NCBI RefSeq assembly: GCF_006345805.1
Contig: NC_042999.1
Location: 167,710,001-167,774,000, forward strand
Reading direction: 5' to 3'
DNA length: 64,000 nucleotides
From: Octopus sinensis
Lineage: Eukaryota
A program made the position numbers and the translations under genes. The notes beneath the pieces were generated by a model. It worked only from the letters and a program-made list of their open reading frames with translations. It did not search any database and was not told the DNA's origin. This document shows, piece after piece, positions 38,665 to 52,770 of this stretch (the stretch's first letter is position 1; every line of letters starts with the position of its first letter).

Positions 38665-39242
38665 TTCTATAGTTTGTAAGATATTTGGTCTTTAATTTCT
38701 TGCATTTCGGCAATTTCAACCAATCAATGACGTCTATTGAGGTGAAAACGATATCTGCGGAAACATTTTATGGCGGCGTCATATGAAAATGTCCCTGTTT
38801 TTCATGAGAAAAAAGATACCCTGTGGCCATAAACTGAGGGGTCACTCGTAAACAGAGCTAGATAACAAAACCGTTCCTTCTTTATGACCCTAGTATTGAT
38901 CTATTGCATTTCAATCTGTTTTAGAGTTAGGGTTAGGGGTTGGGTTAGGATTAGGGTTAAGGTTAGGGTAAGGGTTTAGGTTAGGGCTAGGGGTGGGGGG
39001 AAGGGTATCTTTTTTCTTCAGAGAAAATTTTACGGCAGATAATATTTTCACCTCAGTAGACGTCATTGATTGGTTGAAATTGCCAAAATTGAAGAAAATA
39101 TCTTACAAACTATAGAATTTTCTCAAGAAAGCCAAGAGAAAAAGATGTTTTATAAACACATTCTACCAGTATACGAAGTTTAAAAGTGTTTAGTTACATA
39201 GAAATTGTTTTAAAAAACTGCCGTTCAAACCGAAAAGATCCC
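38665..39242. mobile_element. Partial foldback/MITE related to 63109-63875, with TTAGGG-like repeats
   Basis: Right arm ends ..TGCCGTTCAAACCGAAAAGATCCC. Internal inverted arms at ~38665-38750 and ~39040-39117. Degenerate TTAGGG run at 38921-39000. Confidence 0.8.
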
Positions 39243-41050
39243 AGTAATCAAGTACCAGCCAAGCACAAAATAAAAGGGTAGCTGTAATCGACTAATCCCT
39301 TGTCAAAACTAATTCCTTCTCAAAACTCGCTGGTCTTATAATTTTCCGTTATCTTCAATACACAACCGAGAGTTTGGCTCTCTGCTCTGTAGGACATGTG
39401 AAGTGTTTTACTACTACTACTACTACTACTAACACCACCACTACTACTATAGTTGTGACGATATGATAGAGCGCCAAAAATGCATCACAATGCGGCTCCC
39501 TTTCTTACACTCTGACTATAAATCACGCAATGGTCGCTAAGATAAGCACCAGGGAAGTATTGAGGTGATTTGACTATGCTCTCCCGCAAAATCTGTGGCC
39601 TTATGCCTACGTTGTAAATCATTGTTGTATACAAGTCTGTTCAGCTAATTGAGTTTATCGTTTGGTTTTGATTCCGATATGAAATGTCTTACCTTCCCAT
39701 CATTAAAGGTTTTTCACATAATCATAAAACCGGGTAATTGTAAAAGTTTACATATAATTGACCAAATCGATTTCCAACGGAGGTCTGGTGTTTTTTTTTT
39801 TTTTGTAGACTTTGGCTGGAAACCAAATCAGAAATAAAGCTTAATCCCCGTTTCGCTGATATTCATCAACGACATCATTGCATAAGGTATTAAAAGGTAT
39901 TAAAGCTTAGAGAAAAGATTTTCCTTTACAAGAAATACTGTCGTTCAATTCGGGAAATATGTAAATCACCGAGAATATTTTATTTCGTTCATGGTCCTTT
40001 TCATCAATGTAACCGTCACCGGGTCCGAGGTATATTTATGCAAGTTAATTTCTCATAAATCACAAGAGACAGCATCGTATCACTGATGATATTTAACTCT
40101 ATATTTTTCACCATTAAATGGGACGAAAGACAAATCTTTCCGCACCCAGAAAAAGAGCCAGGCGTCGTAAGAAACTTTCTTAGAAAACTTGATACTTAAT
40201 CCCGATAGCTGGCCTAACCGATTTAATGTAGAAATCAAATACGGAGAAACGCAAGGAAATACTTGCGGTAGATTTAAACTCAAGATGTTTGAACCAATTC
40301 ATTACTCACTTGGCTATTTCGCCGAAATGTCTTTCTTTTTTTAACCAATTAATCAAGGGAGGTGGGGTGGGCCCATTGCAGCGACATCTCCACATTTTTA
40401 TTCTATTTGCAGAGACGAAGGAAAGAGTAGAGCTCATGACCCTTGCTGACCTTCCGAGGCTGGTGAGCTTGATGCCCTTCCAATATTCCGTTTCAGCTGT
40501 TGCAGGTCAACATCTGTAGGGAAGATGGAAGCGAGAAGCAGATTGCAGAGGTTATGGCGTTAGGCAATCCGGATTTATTTACTAACTTGCAAATAAACAA
40601 ATAATAACAATCTTTTCTAATTTTGGCACACAGCCAGCAATTTTGAGCGTAGGGGACAAGTCGATTACATTGACCCCCAGTGCCCAACTGGTACTTATCT
40701 TATCGACTCTGAATTAAAAGATGAAAAAGAAAGAAGAAAAAAATCCGACCGTGAAGGAAAGTTTGGTGCCGGGAAAAAAAAACATTATCTCAGACGATTA
40801 TCGATTCTACTCGCTTGCCGCCTTTTTGTCTGTTAAATATTTTATAAAAGTATTATTATAACAAATTTTGGCTCAAGGTCAGCAACTCTGTGGGGAGTGG
40901 GGAGTGAATTAATCGATACGATCGACTCTAGTACTTGACTGTTATTTTATTTTATCGAGCATAGAGCAATCGAAACAAAAATTAACCTCGGCAGAATTCG
41001 AACACAGAATGTAAGGAACCGGAAGAAGTACCTCAAGATTTTATATATGG

Positions 41051-41434
41051 ATGGAAGCACTCCGTCGGTTACGACGATGAGGGTCCCAGCTGATACAATC
41101 AACGGAACAGCTTGCTCGTGAAATTAACGTGTAAGTGGCTGAGCACTCCACAGACACGTGTACCCTTAACGTAGTTCTCGGGGATATTCAGCGTGACACA
41201 GAGAGTGACAAGGCCGGCCCTTTGAAATACAGGTACAACAGAAACAGGAAGTAAGAGTGAGAGAAAGTTGTGGTGAAAGAGTACAGCAGGGATCACCACC
41301 ATCCCCTGCCGGAGCCTCGTGGAGCTTTTAGGTGTTTTCGCTCAATAAACACTCACAACGCCCGGTCTGGGAATCGAAAAAGCGATCCTACGACCGCGAG
41401 TCCGCTGCCCTAACCACTGGGCCATTGCGCCTCC
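41051..41434 (-). mobile_element. SINE family C, full length, with tRNA-like head
   Basis: Minus-strand head GGAGGCGCAATGGCCCAGTGGTTAGGGCAGCGGACTCGCGGTCGTAGGATCG..TTCGATTCCCAGACC carries A and B boxes. Confidence 0.85.
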
Positions 41435-42236
41435 ACATTTTATATATACAAGATCATAGAAAAAACAACTTAAACGACAGCATGACGATGAAGAGTGAAT
41501 TTACAAACTATTTAATTCATCATAACGTGGGGATTGTCACTTGACAAGAAATCTATTCACCATTGTTGTCTCTATTTGTATATGCGTTGGAAGAAAGTTA
41601 GTAAGAAGTGCGTCTATTTGCTTTTCTCAGCGAAACATCACAGTCCCATCACCTTAACTGTCGTATCAGTTTCCCTTATTTAGTTTGATTAGATTTCAAA
41701 TTTCATGGGTCGATTCTTTATGTGAGATTAAACAGCAGGTTCAGTCTAATTTGCTGTTAGCGTTGTTTTATTTTGTCTTCTTATTTATAATATCTGGTCC
41801 TAGTTTTCAGATTATTAACTCGGCGACACAAAAAACCTATCTAAACTTGCTGTTTGAAGCAATGACTTTTTAACAATTTAAGTCTGCTACATTAACGAAT
41901 CGATCCTGACTCTTAAGCGACAGACACAGTGCTTGGGGTGGGCGGAGATAATTATCTTCATTTTTAACGCTTTGATTTATTTATTTATCTATTTTAATTT
42001 ATTGAGATTTTCTACAGACAACAATGATTTGTGCATTCTCGAAGTGATCCACAGTGGATTCAATACAACATGCTATACTTCGGTTTCATATCGTTTCGTT
42101 TTAAGTCAGCATGATCGAGCATATCTTTCTGATCGAAGACTTCCAGTCATGACAATCTCGTCTTTTCAATGTATTTACTGTGTGTGTGTTGTGTGTGTGT
42201 GTGTGTGTGTGTGTATGAATATATTATATATAACAA

Positions 42237-42289
<53 letters not shown>

Positions 42290-42290
<1 letters not shown>

Positions 42291-42880
42291 TAGCAGTATC
42301 GCCGGCGTTGCTCGGGTTTGTAAGGGAATAACTATATAAGCATTTTTAGAGAGTTATAGCAAAAAATGCATTAAAAATGGAAAAACAATGATGGTAATTT
42401 TTTTTTAAATCGTTGACTCATCGTAGACATTTTTAGAGAGTTACTTCCCTTATATAATAGCGAAAAAAAATGCATTAAAATGGGAAAAGATGATGGTAAT
42501 TTTTTTTTTAATCGTAGACTCATTGTAGACGCGCGCTAATACCTATTTCTTTATTACCCACAAGGGGCTAAACACAGAGAGGACAAACAAGGACAGACAT
42601 AGGTATTAAGTCGATTATATCGACCCCAGTGCGTAACTGGTACTTAATTTATCGACCCCGAAAGGATGAAAGGCAAAGTCGACCTCGGCGGAATTTGAAC
42701 TCAGAACGTAACGCAGACGAAATACCGCTAAGCATTTCGCCCAGCGTGCTAACGTTTCTGCCAGCTCAGAAGGGCTCGATATGAATCACGACTATAAGAT
42801 ACCCGGTTTTGGTTAAACTGCACCGCAAAATGTGGGAGTAGTTAGGAATCTAAATTGTAGGAGACAGACACACAACTTGA

Positions 42881-42895
<15 letters not shown>
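42290..42895 (-). mobile_element. Second Helitron-like copy with a SINE-A inserted at 42542-42767
   Basis: Same termini as 20660-21170; the copy at 20.7 kb shows the empty site. Confidence 0.8.
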
Positions 42896-42930
<35 letters not shown>

Positions 42931-42931
<1 letters not shown>

Positions 42932-43995
42932 TTTGATACTTTGATACTTTGATAGGTTTCGGCCATTATTGGCCCAGGCCATGTCTAACTTAATAGCACC
43001 ACCTGGTGAAGTCTTTCAAGTCAGAATTTGGGCACTATGGCCCACTCAAGTAGAGAGTTATTGTTTACAGAGACATATCGGGGTAGGGGGTTTATCCGGA
43101 ATTTCTTGAAGGAATCTGTCCAAAGACTTCTTGAACCCATAGGGTCAGTTTCTGTTTTAATGTTTTGGTGTAATGTTAAAGAGAGCGGGGCCAATTGAGG
43201 TGAAATAATTGTGCCGTATTGTTGTTATGAGATGAGAGTGCGATTTTTGTTTTGGGCGGATGGCACGGGGCCCAAGCCTTGGATGTACCTTAAAGGTGAT
43301 GCCAACATCATTTGGGCAATGCTGATGGAATATTTTCCACATCATGCAGATGATGTAGCGCTCACGACGACGTTGGAGAGAATAGAGTTTTAGCTTTTCT
43401 AGTCGACCCCAATAGTCGAGGCCTGTCATGCCATCTATCTTTTTTGTGATTGCCCTTTGAAGTGCTTCAACTTTTATGATACCTTGTATTGTGTGGGGAG
43501 ACCACAGTGGACAACAGTATTCAAGGTCGGGTCGGGCAAAAGTGGAGAAGAGAAGGATAATGGTGTGGATATCTCTCGACTGGAAAGTTCTGAGAATCCA
43601 GGAACACATTCTGCGGGCATGTCAACTTTGGTGTTTATATGAGTGGCCCAGCTTATGTTGTTGTCCACAATTACTCCAAGTCTCCGATGTTGTTGGACGC
43701 CGCGAGAGTTTCACCTGAAGGAAGGAGTATGGGAGTTTCAGGGCATCCTCTTTTCCAAAGTGGATTAACTCAAATTATCCTCGTTCAGCAGCATATTGTT
43801 TTTTTCTGCCCATTGGATAACAGCCAGAAGATCTGACTGAAGGCATGTCCGGTCACTCGCCTCATTTATGACCTTCTGTAGCTTGGAGTCATCTGCAAAG
43901 ATTTTTATGTTGCTGTGCTTGATGATGTCATTAATGTCATTAATGTAAATGATGAAAAGAAGTGGGCCCAGCACAGTGCCTTGCGGAACGCCACT
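42931..43995 (-). pseudogene. CR1-clade LINE 3' end (RT C-terminus, 3' UTR, 8-nt tandem tail)
   Basis: VPQGTVLGPLLFIIYIND..FADDSK, RPDLEYCCPLWSPH and LEKLKLYSLQRRRERY motifs. Tail (TATCAAAG)n at 42931-42955. Confidence 0.9.
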
Positions 43996-44015
43996 ACTGA
44001 CTATATATATATATA

Positions 44016-44178
44016 GGCGTAAGAGTGGCTGTGTGGTAAGTAGCTTGCTTACCAACCGCATGGTTCCGGGTTCAGTCCTACTGCGTGGCACCTTGGGCAA
44101 GTGTCTTCTACTATAGCCTCGGGCCAACCAAAGCCTTGTGAGTGGATTTGGTAGGCGGAAACTGAAAGAAGCCCGTCG

Positions 44179-44210
<32 letters not shown>

Positions 44211-44410
44211 TGTGTGTCTGTGTTTGTAGCATTGCTTGAAACCGATGCTGGTGTGTTTATGTCCCCGTCACTTAGCGGTTCGGCAAAAGAGACCGATAGA
44301 ATAAGTACTGGGCTTAAAAAAGAATAAGTCCCAGGGTCGAGTTGCTCGATTAAAGGCGGTGCTCCAGCATGGCCGCAGTCAAATGACTGAAACAAGTAAA
44401 AGAGTAAAAG
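44016..44410 (+). mobile_element. SINE-B, full length
   Basis: tRNA-like head GGCGTAAGAGTGGCTGTGTGGTAAG..GGTTCAGTCC, internal (TA)n and an AAAGAGT tail. Confidence 0.9.
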
Positions 44411-44479
44411 TGTATATATATTGGCCTGGTCGCTTAGCCAGCGGGGTGGCGTCATTTGAAGGCTAAAACAATGCGAAGC

Positions 44480-45880
44480 GCATCCTGGTAATGTGCACTT
44501 GGAAAGAGGTATCATCACTCATGTCGATACCCAGGTCCCTCACAGACTTAGGCTCTGGGATTGAAATTCCCTGTGGACCGGTGTACCCTGTAAGTTTAAT
44601 ATTCAGTTTTGGATGCTGGTAGCGCAGGGCCTGGAATTTTTCAGCATTAACCTACATGTTATTATCCTCAGCCCATCTGTAGATTGAGTACAACTCCTGC
44701 TGCAGGTGTGCAACATCGCTGTGGTTCTGTATTTTCTGCGAGACTTTCGTATCGTCTGCATAGCTTGCCAGAGTGGCTATCCGGTCAGTTGGGGGCATAT
44801 CTGAGAGGGCCACTATAAAAAGCAGTGGAACACCACTCACTATTTGCGTGTTCATAGAGGTGGCTCCATTAACCACTACTGCCTGACTCCTATCTTTCAG
44901 GAAGTCATGTAACCACACTTTTCAGCTATGCCGAGGTCACGTAGTTTGTGGCATATCATACCATGATCCACCTTGTCAAAAGCTTTTGCAAAATCAAGGT
45001 AGATTACGTCTACATATGATTTGTTGAGTAACTGCCTCAACACCCAGTCATAATGTTGTAAGAGCTGGGTCAGGCAGCTCCTACCTGGTCGAAAAACCAT
45101 GCTGGGTATCACTCAGTTATTTTCCTCAAGGAATACGATTAGTTTCTTTCTGACTATCCGTTCCATGACTTTGCTGATGTGTGAAGTCAGAGAGATAGGC
45201 CTATAGTTTTTGGCATCTGCTCTACTTCTCCCTTTATGTATTGGGCATATTATTCCCTCCTTCAGCTTGCTTGACAGTTTGCCATTTGTAAGAAAGCTCT
45301 GGAAGAGAATCTTGAGGGGTTTTGCCAGGGCATGCTTACACGCTTTGAGGAGGATTGCTGGGAAACCATCAGGACCAGCAGTTGAGTTTGTGTCCACTTC
45401 ATCTATGGCTAGTAGGACATCTTCGCAAATGTCAATATATTCTATTGTAACTGCCTCGCTGGTTATAGGTGAGGCGGCAAAGAAGTTCACTGGTTCGTTC
45501 ACTTCTCTATGTTCCAACGGGGTGGTAAAGACACTTTTGAACTGGTCATTCATTATCTCACTGATCTTAGTTGGACTGTCTGTGAGGGAGCCATCCTTTT
45601 GGAGGAGGGGTCCTATCTTGTAGTGTACTGAGACTGTTTCTTTCGCGTAATGAAAGAACGCCTTTGGGTTTGATTTAATGTTTTTTTATAACCCAGGCTT
45701 CTTTGTCTGCCTTCTCCCTCACATAGGATTGTTGCAGCCTTTTTTCGATCTCCATCAGTGTTGTTTTTAGGCGGGACGTTTCGCTACTTTTGGGATGTTG
45801 GTTGAGTCGATTTGCAACCTTCGTCCGTCATCTCATGAGGATCTTCCTGTCTCTTGGAATCTTGCTCCTATTTGTTTTGG
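44480..45880 (-). pseudogene. Second CR1-clade LINE ORF2 fragment
   Basis: STAGPDGFPAILLK, NYRPISLTSHISKVMERIV, YLDFAKAFDKVDH and YADDTK motifs. It has its own YADD region, so it is a separate copy from 42931-43995. Confidence 0.9.
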
Positions 45881-45893
45881 CCTATATTATACA

Positions 45894-46150
45894 ACAATTG
45901 CATCGTGGAAGGTGTTTATAAACCATTTAAAAACACACAAAACCCGTTAGATTCCCTTCGTCGCTTTGAGACCGCGAACTGTTAACTGCGAAAATTCCGT
46001 GCTGCATCTCGGAAATTCTGTGCTGCAGCACGAATTTTGTCTCAAACCAACGAAAATATTCTTACAAATTAAATTTAAATGTTGAAGTGAATCTAACAGA
46101 ATTTGTGTGTTTCTTAAATGCTTTATAAACACCTTCCACGCTGCAATTGT
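45894..46150. mobile_element. ~255-bp MITE with ~65-bp imperfect TIRs
   Basis: TTGCATCGTGGAAGGTGTTTATAAAC..GTTAGATTC versus GAATCTAAC..TTTATAAACACCTTCCACGCTGCAA. Confidence 0.8.
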
Positions 46151-46204
46151 TTTCGTTCCAGCACACGATCTCAGATCAGGTCACTTGCTATGCAAATATA
46201 TCTC

Positions 46205-46243
46205 CGTAATATATATATATATATATATAATATATATATATAT

Positions 46244-46276
<33 letters not shown>

Positions 46277-46344
46277 GTATATATATATATATATGTGTGT
46301 GTGGTGGGTATGTATATATATACGTATATATATGTATATATATG

Positions 46345-46379
<35 letters not shown>

Positions 46380-46607
46380 ATGTATATATTACGTATATAA
46401 TGTATATATATATGTATGTATATATATACATATATATATATATGTATGTATATACATGTATATATATATATATATGTATATATAGTATATATATATATAT
46501 ATGTTATATATGTATATATATATATATGTATATATATGTATATATATTATATATGTATAATATGTATTATATATATATGTATATATATGTATTATATATA
46601 TATATAG

Positions 46608-46655
<48 letters not shown>

Positions 46656-46740
46656 TATATGTAATATATATGTATATATATTATAGATATATATATATAT
46701 ATAATATATTATATATGTATATATATGTATATATATATGT

Positions 46741-46775
<35 letters not shown>

Positions 46776-46847
46776 ATATATGTATATATTATATATATAT
46801 AGTTATATATATGTATATATATAATATATTATATATATATAGTATAT

Positions 46848-46884
<37 letters not shown>

Positions 46885-46948
46885 GTATTATATATATATA
46901 TAATATATATATATATATGTATGTATATATATATATATATATATAATG

Positions 46949-46987
<39 letters not shown>

Positions 46988-47009
46988 ATATATGTATGTA
47001 TATTATATG

Positions 47010-47040
<31 letters not shown>

Positions 47041-47086
47041 AATATATATATATACATATATATATGTATGTATATATATATGTATG

Positions 47087-47118
<32 letters not shown>

Positions 47119-47400
47119 CATATATATATGTATGTATATATATTATGTATGTATATATATATGTATGTATATATACATATAATATATATGTATATATATA
47201 TATAATACATATATATATACATATATATTATATGTATGTATATATATATGTATGTATATATATACATAATATATATGTATATATATATATATGTATGTAT
47301 AATATATGTATATGTATATATTATGTTATGTATATATATACATATCTATTTGATATATATGTATGTATATATATAGTATGTATATATATACATATATATA

Positions 47401-47438
<38 letters not shown>

Positions 47439-47642
47439 ATATATATATATGTAGGTATATATATGTATGTATAATATATACATATATATATATGTATGTA
47501 TATATATATGTATGTATATATATACATATATATATATGTATGTATATATATATGTATGTATATATATACATATATATATATGTATGTATATATATATGTA
47601 TGTATATATATACATATATATATACATAATATGTATATATAT

Positions 47643-47683
<41 letters not shown>

Positions 47684-49150
47684 TATCATATGTATGTATA
47701 TAATATAGTATGTATATATATACATATATATATATATATATGTATATATATATTACATATATATATATATATATATGTATGTATATATATACATATATAA
47801 TATATATGTATGTATATTTACATATATAGATATTATATATATGTATATATATACATATATATATATATAATGTATATATATACATATATATATATATTAT
47901 GTATAATATATAATGTATATATATACATATATATAATATATTGTATGTATATATATATGTATGTATATATACAATATATATATATATGTATGTTATATAT
48001 ATGTATGTATATATATACATATATATATATATTGTAGTATATATATGTATGTATATATATACATATATGTATATACATATTATAATATATAATGATGTAT
48101 ATATATATGTATGTATATATATACATATATATATATAGATATGTATAATATATATAATATTAATATATAATATGTATGTATATATATACATTATATATAT
48201 ATGTATGTATATATATACATAATCTATATATATGTATGTATATATATACTATATATATTATACATGTATAATATACATATATATTATATAGTATATATTA
48301 CATGTATATATATACATATATATATATATGTATGTATATTATATGTATGTATATATATACATATATATTATTATGTATATTATATATGTATGTATATATA
48401 CATAATATATATATGTATGTATATATATATGTATGTATATATATACATATGTATATACATATATATATATATTATGTATGTATTATATTGATTGTATGTA
48501 TATATATCATATATATTATATACATATATATATATGATGTATATATAGTATGTATTATATATGTATGTATATATAACATCTATATATATGTATGTATATA
48601 TATATATGTATGTATATATATACATATATATATACATATATATAATTATGTATATATATATATAATATATATATTATGTATGTATATATATATGTATGTA
48701 TATATATACATATATATATATGTATATATATATATACATATTATATAATATATATTATAACTATATATATATGTATTATATATATATGTATGTATTATAT
48801 ACATATATATATATATATGTATGTAATATATTACATATTCTAATATTATGTATGTATATATATTACATATATATAATATAGTATGTAATGTATATAGATA
48901 TATATATTGTATATATACATATTATATATAGATGTATAATTCTACCATATATATATTATATATGTATATATCTACATATATATATATATGTATATATAAC
49001 ATATATATATATATATGTATGTATATATATACATATATATATATATATATGTATGTATATATATACATATATATATATTATGTATGTTATATATACATAT
49101 CTATATATGTATATATATTATAACATATATATATATATATAATATGTATG

Positions 49151-49200
<50 letters not shown>

Positions 49201-49375
49201 TTTATATATACACATATATATATATAATATATACATATTTATATATACACACATATATATTATATAATACATATTTATATATACACATATATATATACAT
49301 ATATATATAAATATTTATATATATACACACACACATGCATATACATCCATATATATATATATATATATATATATC
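46205..49375. repeat. ~3.2-kb complex TA/TATG/CATA array
   Basis: Direct reading. Source of dozens of spurious YI/MY ORFs. Confidence 0.97.
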
Positions 49376-50479
49376 CTTCCAGTTCCTAATTCTCGTCTTA
49401 ATTTTTTTTAACCATTTCGTCTTTTACTTTCTCTTTTCTTTTTTCTTTTACTCTCAATCCAGGGAGATCCGGAATTCCCCTCGGTTGAAAAGACAAAGAA
49501 GAAAGTTCAAAAGTCCGCGTATCCCTAATTACTTATTAAAACTGTGTGTGTTAACTAACAGAATATGAATCTGATTCTATTGGTTCCCAAACGTTGTTTG
49601 CCGGTGCCCTTTTATTTATCTATCTATTTATTTATTTAGAGTAAGGTCCTTCCCACTTCTCTGTAGAAAAAAATATTTTCCGCCTTCACCCTCTGCCACT
49701 CCCCGGACTTCCCCGTCTATCGGCCCCGCCAAGCTTCCAAGACTTTTCTTTGCCTTTTACTTTGTTTATTTTATTTTTATTTCCATTTTATATTTTTACT
49801 TGTAGAATTCCATAACATCATTTCATGATTCATTACACACGTACATATTTAAACACGCACGCACACACATATATACACAAGTTACAATTACAACCTCTCT
49901 CTCTTGCCAGCCCCCCCCCCATATATGTGTGTGTATACATATAGAAGCACACGCAAACACATATATGCATGTATATGTATGTACACACACTCTACTCATA
50001 CGCACACAGATACAACCTCTCACCACACATACATCACACACACACATATACAGATAAGTCCCTCCTCCGTGTACCTACACACATACATGCCACACACGCA
50101 CGCTTCTTCGCATACAGACTTCACATATTCACATCTAGATAGCAGATCTTTATTTACTTCCAGACTATATTTACTATATTATAAGCTACTGGCTGACCAC
50201 CGCAGGTTAAGAGCGTGTGTATTCAATGATCGACGTGCGTATGAGTCTATCGGAGATGGGGAAGAGGTGATATGGGGGCCAAATAAAATCCACATGTATA
50301 CAACAACAACAAAAATAATAATAACCAGTTGAAGTCTCATATTCTAGAATAGTTCATTCAGTGTTCTAGGTTTCCCATTGTGTTCGCTAATATTCTACAA
50401 ATGATTAACGCCTCTATGTATGCATGTGCGTGTACGTGCGTCTGTGCGTCTGTGTGTATGTGTGTGGGGGGGGGGCATA

Positions 50480-50850
50480 TGTGTGTGGTAAGAAGCTTGC
50501 TGCCCAACCACATGGTTCCGAGTTCAGTCCCACTGCGTGACACCTTGGGCTAGTGTGCCTTTTACTATAGCCTCGGGCCGACCAAAGCTTTGTGAGTGAA
50601 TTTGGTAGAAGGAAACTGAAAGAAGCCCGTCGTGTGTGTGTGAGAGTATCTGTATTTAGTCACCCCCCCCCCATTGCCGCTTGACAACCGGTATTGGTGT
50701 GTTTTCGATCCCGTAAGTTAGCGGTTCGGCACAAGAGGCCGATAAAATAAGTACTAGGCTTAAAAAAGAAGTCCTGATTTGTTCGACTAAAACCCTTCAA
50801 GACGGTGCTCCAGCATGGCCGCAGTCAGATGACTGAAACAAATGAAAGAA
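50480..50850 (+). mobile_element. SINE-B copy
   Basis: Matches the SINE-B head and tail. Confidence 0.85.
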
Positions 50851-50917
50851 AGAGAAGAATATATATCTGTATATATAATATATGTGTGAGCGTGTGTGTG
50901 TGTGTCTATGTGTGTGC

Positions 50918-50953
<36 letters not shown>

Positions 50954-50984
50954 CTATGTGTGTTCATATAGAAATATATATATA

Positions 50985-51870
50985 TGAAGTTCGTTCAAAA
51001 AGTATCTGACTTTATTTTTCCCGCCTAAACTAATACCGCGTGGGCAAAATCCTTTAGGTGGAAGGTGACGTCATCCTTCCTGCGTATATGTGAAAATTTT
51101 CCCGCTGGTAGGCCCGCATCAGTTCCCAGCTTCTTTGCCTAGAGTGCAGACGTGTAGTGCGTGCTCGTTGGATTTTCGTTTTCGCACAAGATGATCGCAC
51201 GCATCGAGCAGAATCCATAAACCCACGTCTCATCACTAGTGATGATTGTCTTCGTGAAATCTGGGTCGTGGTTTGCAAGGTGCAGCATGTCCTGAATGGT
51301 TTCCATGCGGAGTTGCTTCTGTTACTGTGCCAGCAAACGAATTTCGCCGACACTCTCAGCACGCACAAATCCCCCGTTAAAATGAAATGTACTTAGCCTA
51401 GGCTTATTCCCACTTCATGAGAAATTTTCTTGGACTATTACGCGACGGTTTTCTATGACTATTCGCCGAACTTTCTCAATCGATTCCTCGTTTCGGTTTA
51501 TGGACGACCTGCCAGAGAGAAAGAGAGACAGACAGACAGACTCAAAAAGCTAAGAGAAGCTATGGAAGATTAAGAGGAAGAGAACAAGAATCACTGACAA
51601 TCCTGTGACCACACACATCTTGACAACAAATCAGGCAAACGGTAAATTGGGCTAGTCAGGGTTCCAAACCTGATCTAGGCACGCTCCAACTCCCACTTGT
51701 TCGGTCCATTTAAGGACAGTCATCGGGGATGACGATTTGATGACACAAGACGAAGTAAAAACGAATGTGCAAACCTGAATTTTTTGGAAGATTTGTGAAT
51801 GAGGAACAACGATGGCGCAAATGCATCACTCACTTGTGGAGGAGATTATGTTGGACAGTACTTCTGTATA
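50985..51870. mobile_element. Rearranged mariner relic(s)
   Basis: Plus-strand TIR-like start and ATG (51191, MIARIEQ). Minus-strand GRP..VSAKFV..IITSDETWVYG at 51213-51512. Plus-strand decayed C-terminus (PDL..HLFGPFK..QRWRKCI..GDYV) at 51590-51860. Confidence 0.75.
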
Positions 51871-52244
51871 GAGCAGTGATTTTTAACCGTCCTTTACCTA
51901 TGGGACCCTGTTCATTACGACTTTACTACGGTGGACCCCCCCCCCCCACAGCCATTCGATATTTAAAAACAGGTTTTATAGATACTTCTTTCAAAATTCC
52001 CCTTTTGTTTTTTTACACATTAACTTGTGTGGGCTGAACTATGTAAATCGTTAGAGAAAGAAATCTAGTTGTTTCTTACAATAAATACATGTAAAGAAAA
52101 AATTTTCCATGGACCCTTAATATAACTGTGAGTCCATTTTCTATGTTGCCCCACCAAAAAAAAAAAAAAAAAAAAATGGACACCGGTATAGAACAATTAC
52201 CTTAATAACTTGTACAATTTGAACTGTGTCAGTTAATAAAATAA

Positions 52245-52770
52245 GGCGTCGAGCTGGCAGAATCGTTAGCACGCCGAGCAAAGCGCTTAACGGCATTTTG
52301 TTCGTCTTTATGCTCTGAGTCCAAATTCTGCCGAGGTCGACTTTACCTGTCATCTCTTTCGGAGTCGATAAAATAGGTGCTGGTCTTGTACCAAAATTGA
52401 AACCAATAAAATAATAAGTTCAACCTACTTTTACGTTAGGTTAAGAGCAACACACGAGTTTTGTATGAGTGTATATGACATTTACAAGAAATGTGTGAAG
52501 CCTGGCTGTGTGATAAGAAGCTTGCTTCCCAACCACATGGTTCCGAGTTCAGTCTCACCGCGTGGAACGATGGGCAAGTGTCTTCTACTATAGTTCCGGG
52601 TCGACCAAAACCTTCCAAGTGGATTTCGTAGATGGAAACTGAAAGAATCAAGCGCACTTGTAAATGTGTTTGTCCTCCATCTCTGTCAACCGGTTTACAT
52701 CTTCGTAACTTAGCGATTCGGCAAAACAAACTGACAGAATAAGTACCAAGCATAAATACTGGGGTCATTT
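52245..52770 (+). mobile_element. SINE-A fragment (52245-52385) and SINE-B copy (52495-52770)
   Basis: Similarity to families A and B. Confidence 0.75.

Noticed and set aside
41358-41434. tRNA gene
   Set aside because: The tRNA-like head continues into a 300-bp body shared with 30864-31160, and its stems pair poorly, so it is a SINE head.
46107-49272. Many long YI/MY/CV-rich ORFs (also at 11 kb, 22.6 kb, 34.2 kb, 52.4-53.4 kb and 57.5-58.2 kb)
   Set aside because: They are translations of TA/TG/TATG microsatellites, which lack stops in some frames.
51874-52140. hAT-type MITE starting CAGTGATTTTTAACC
   Set aside because: No matching right TIR or 8-bp TSD found.
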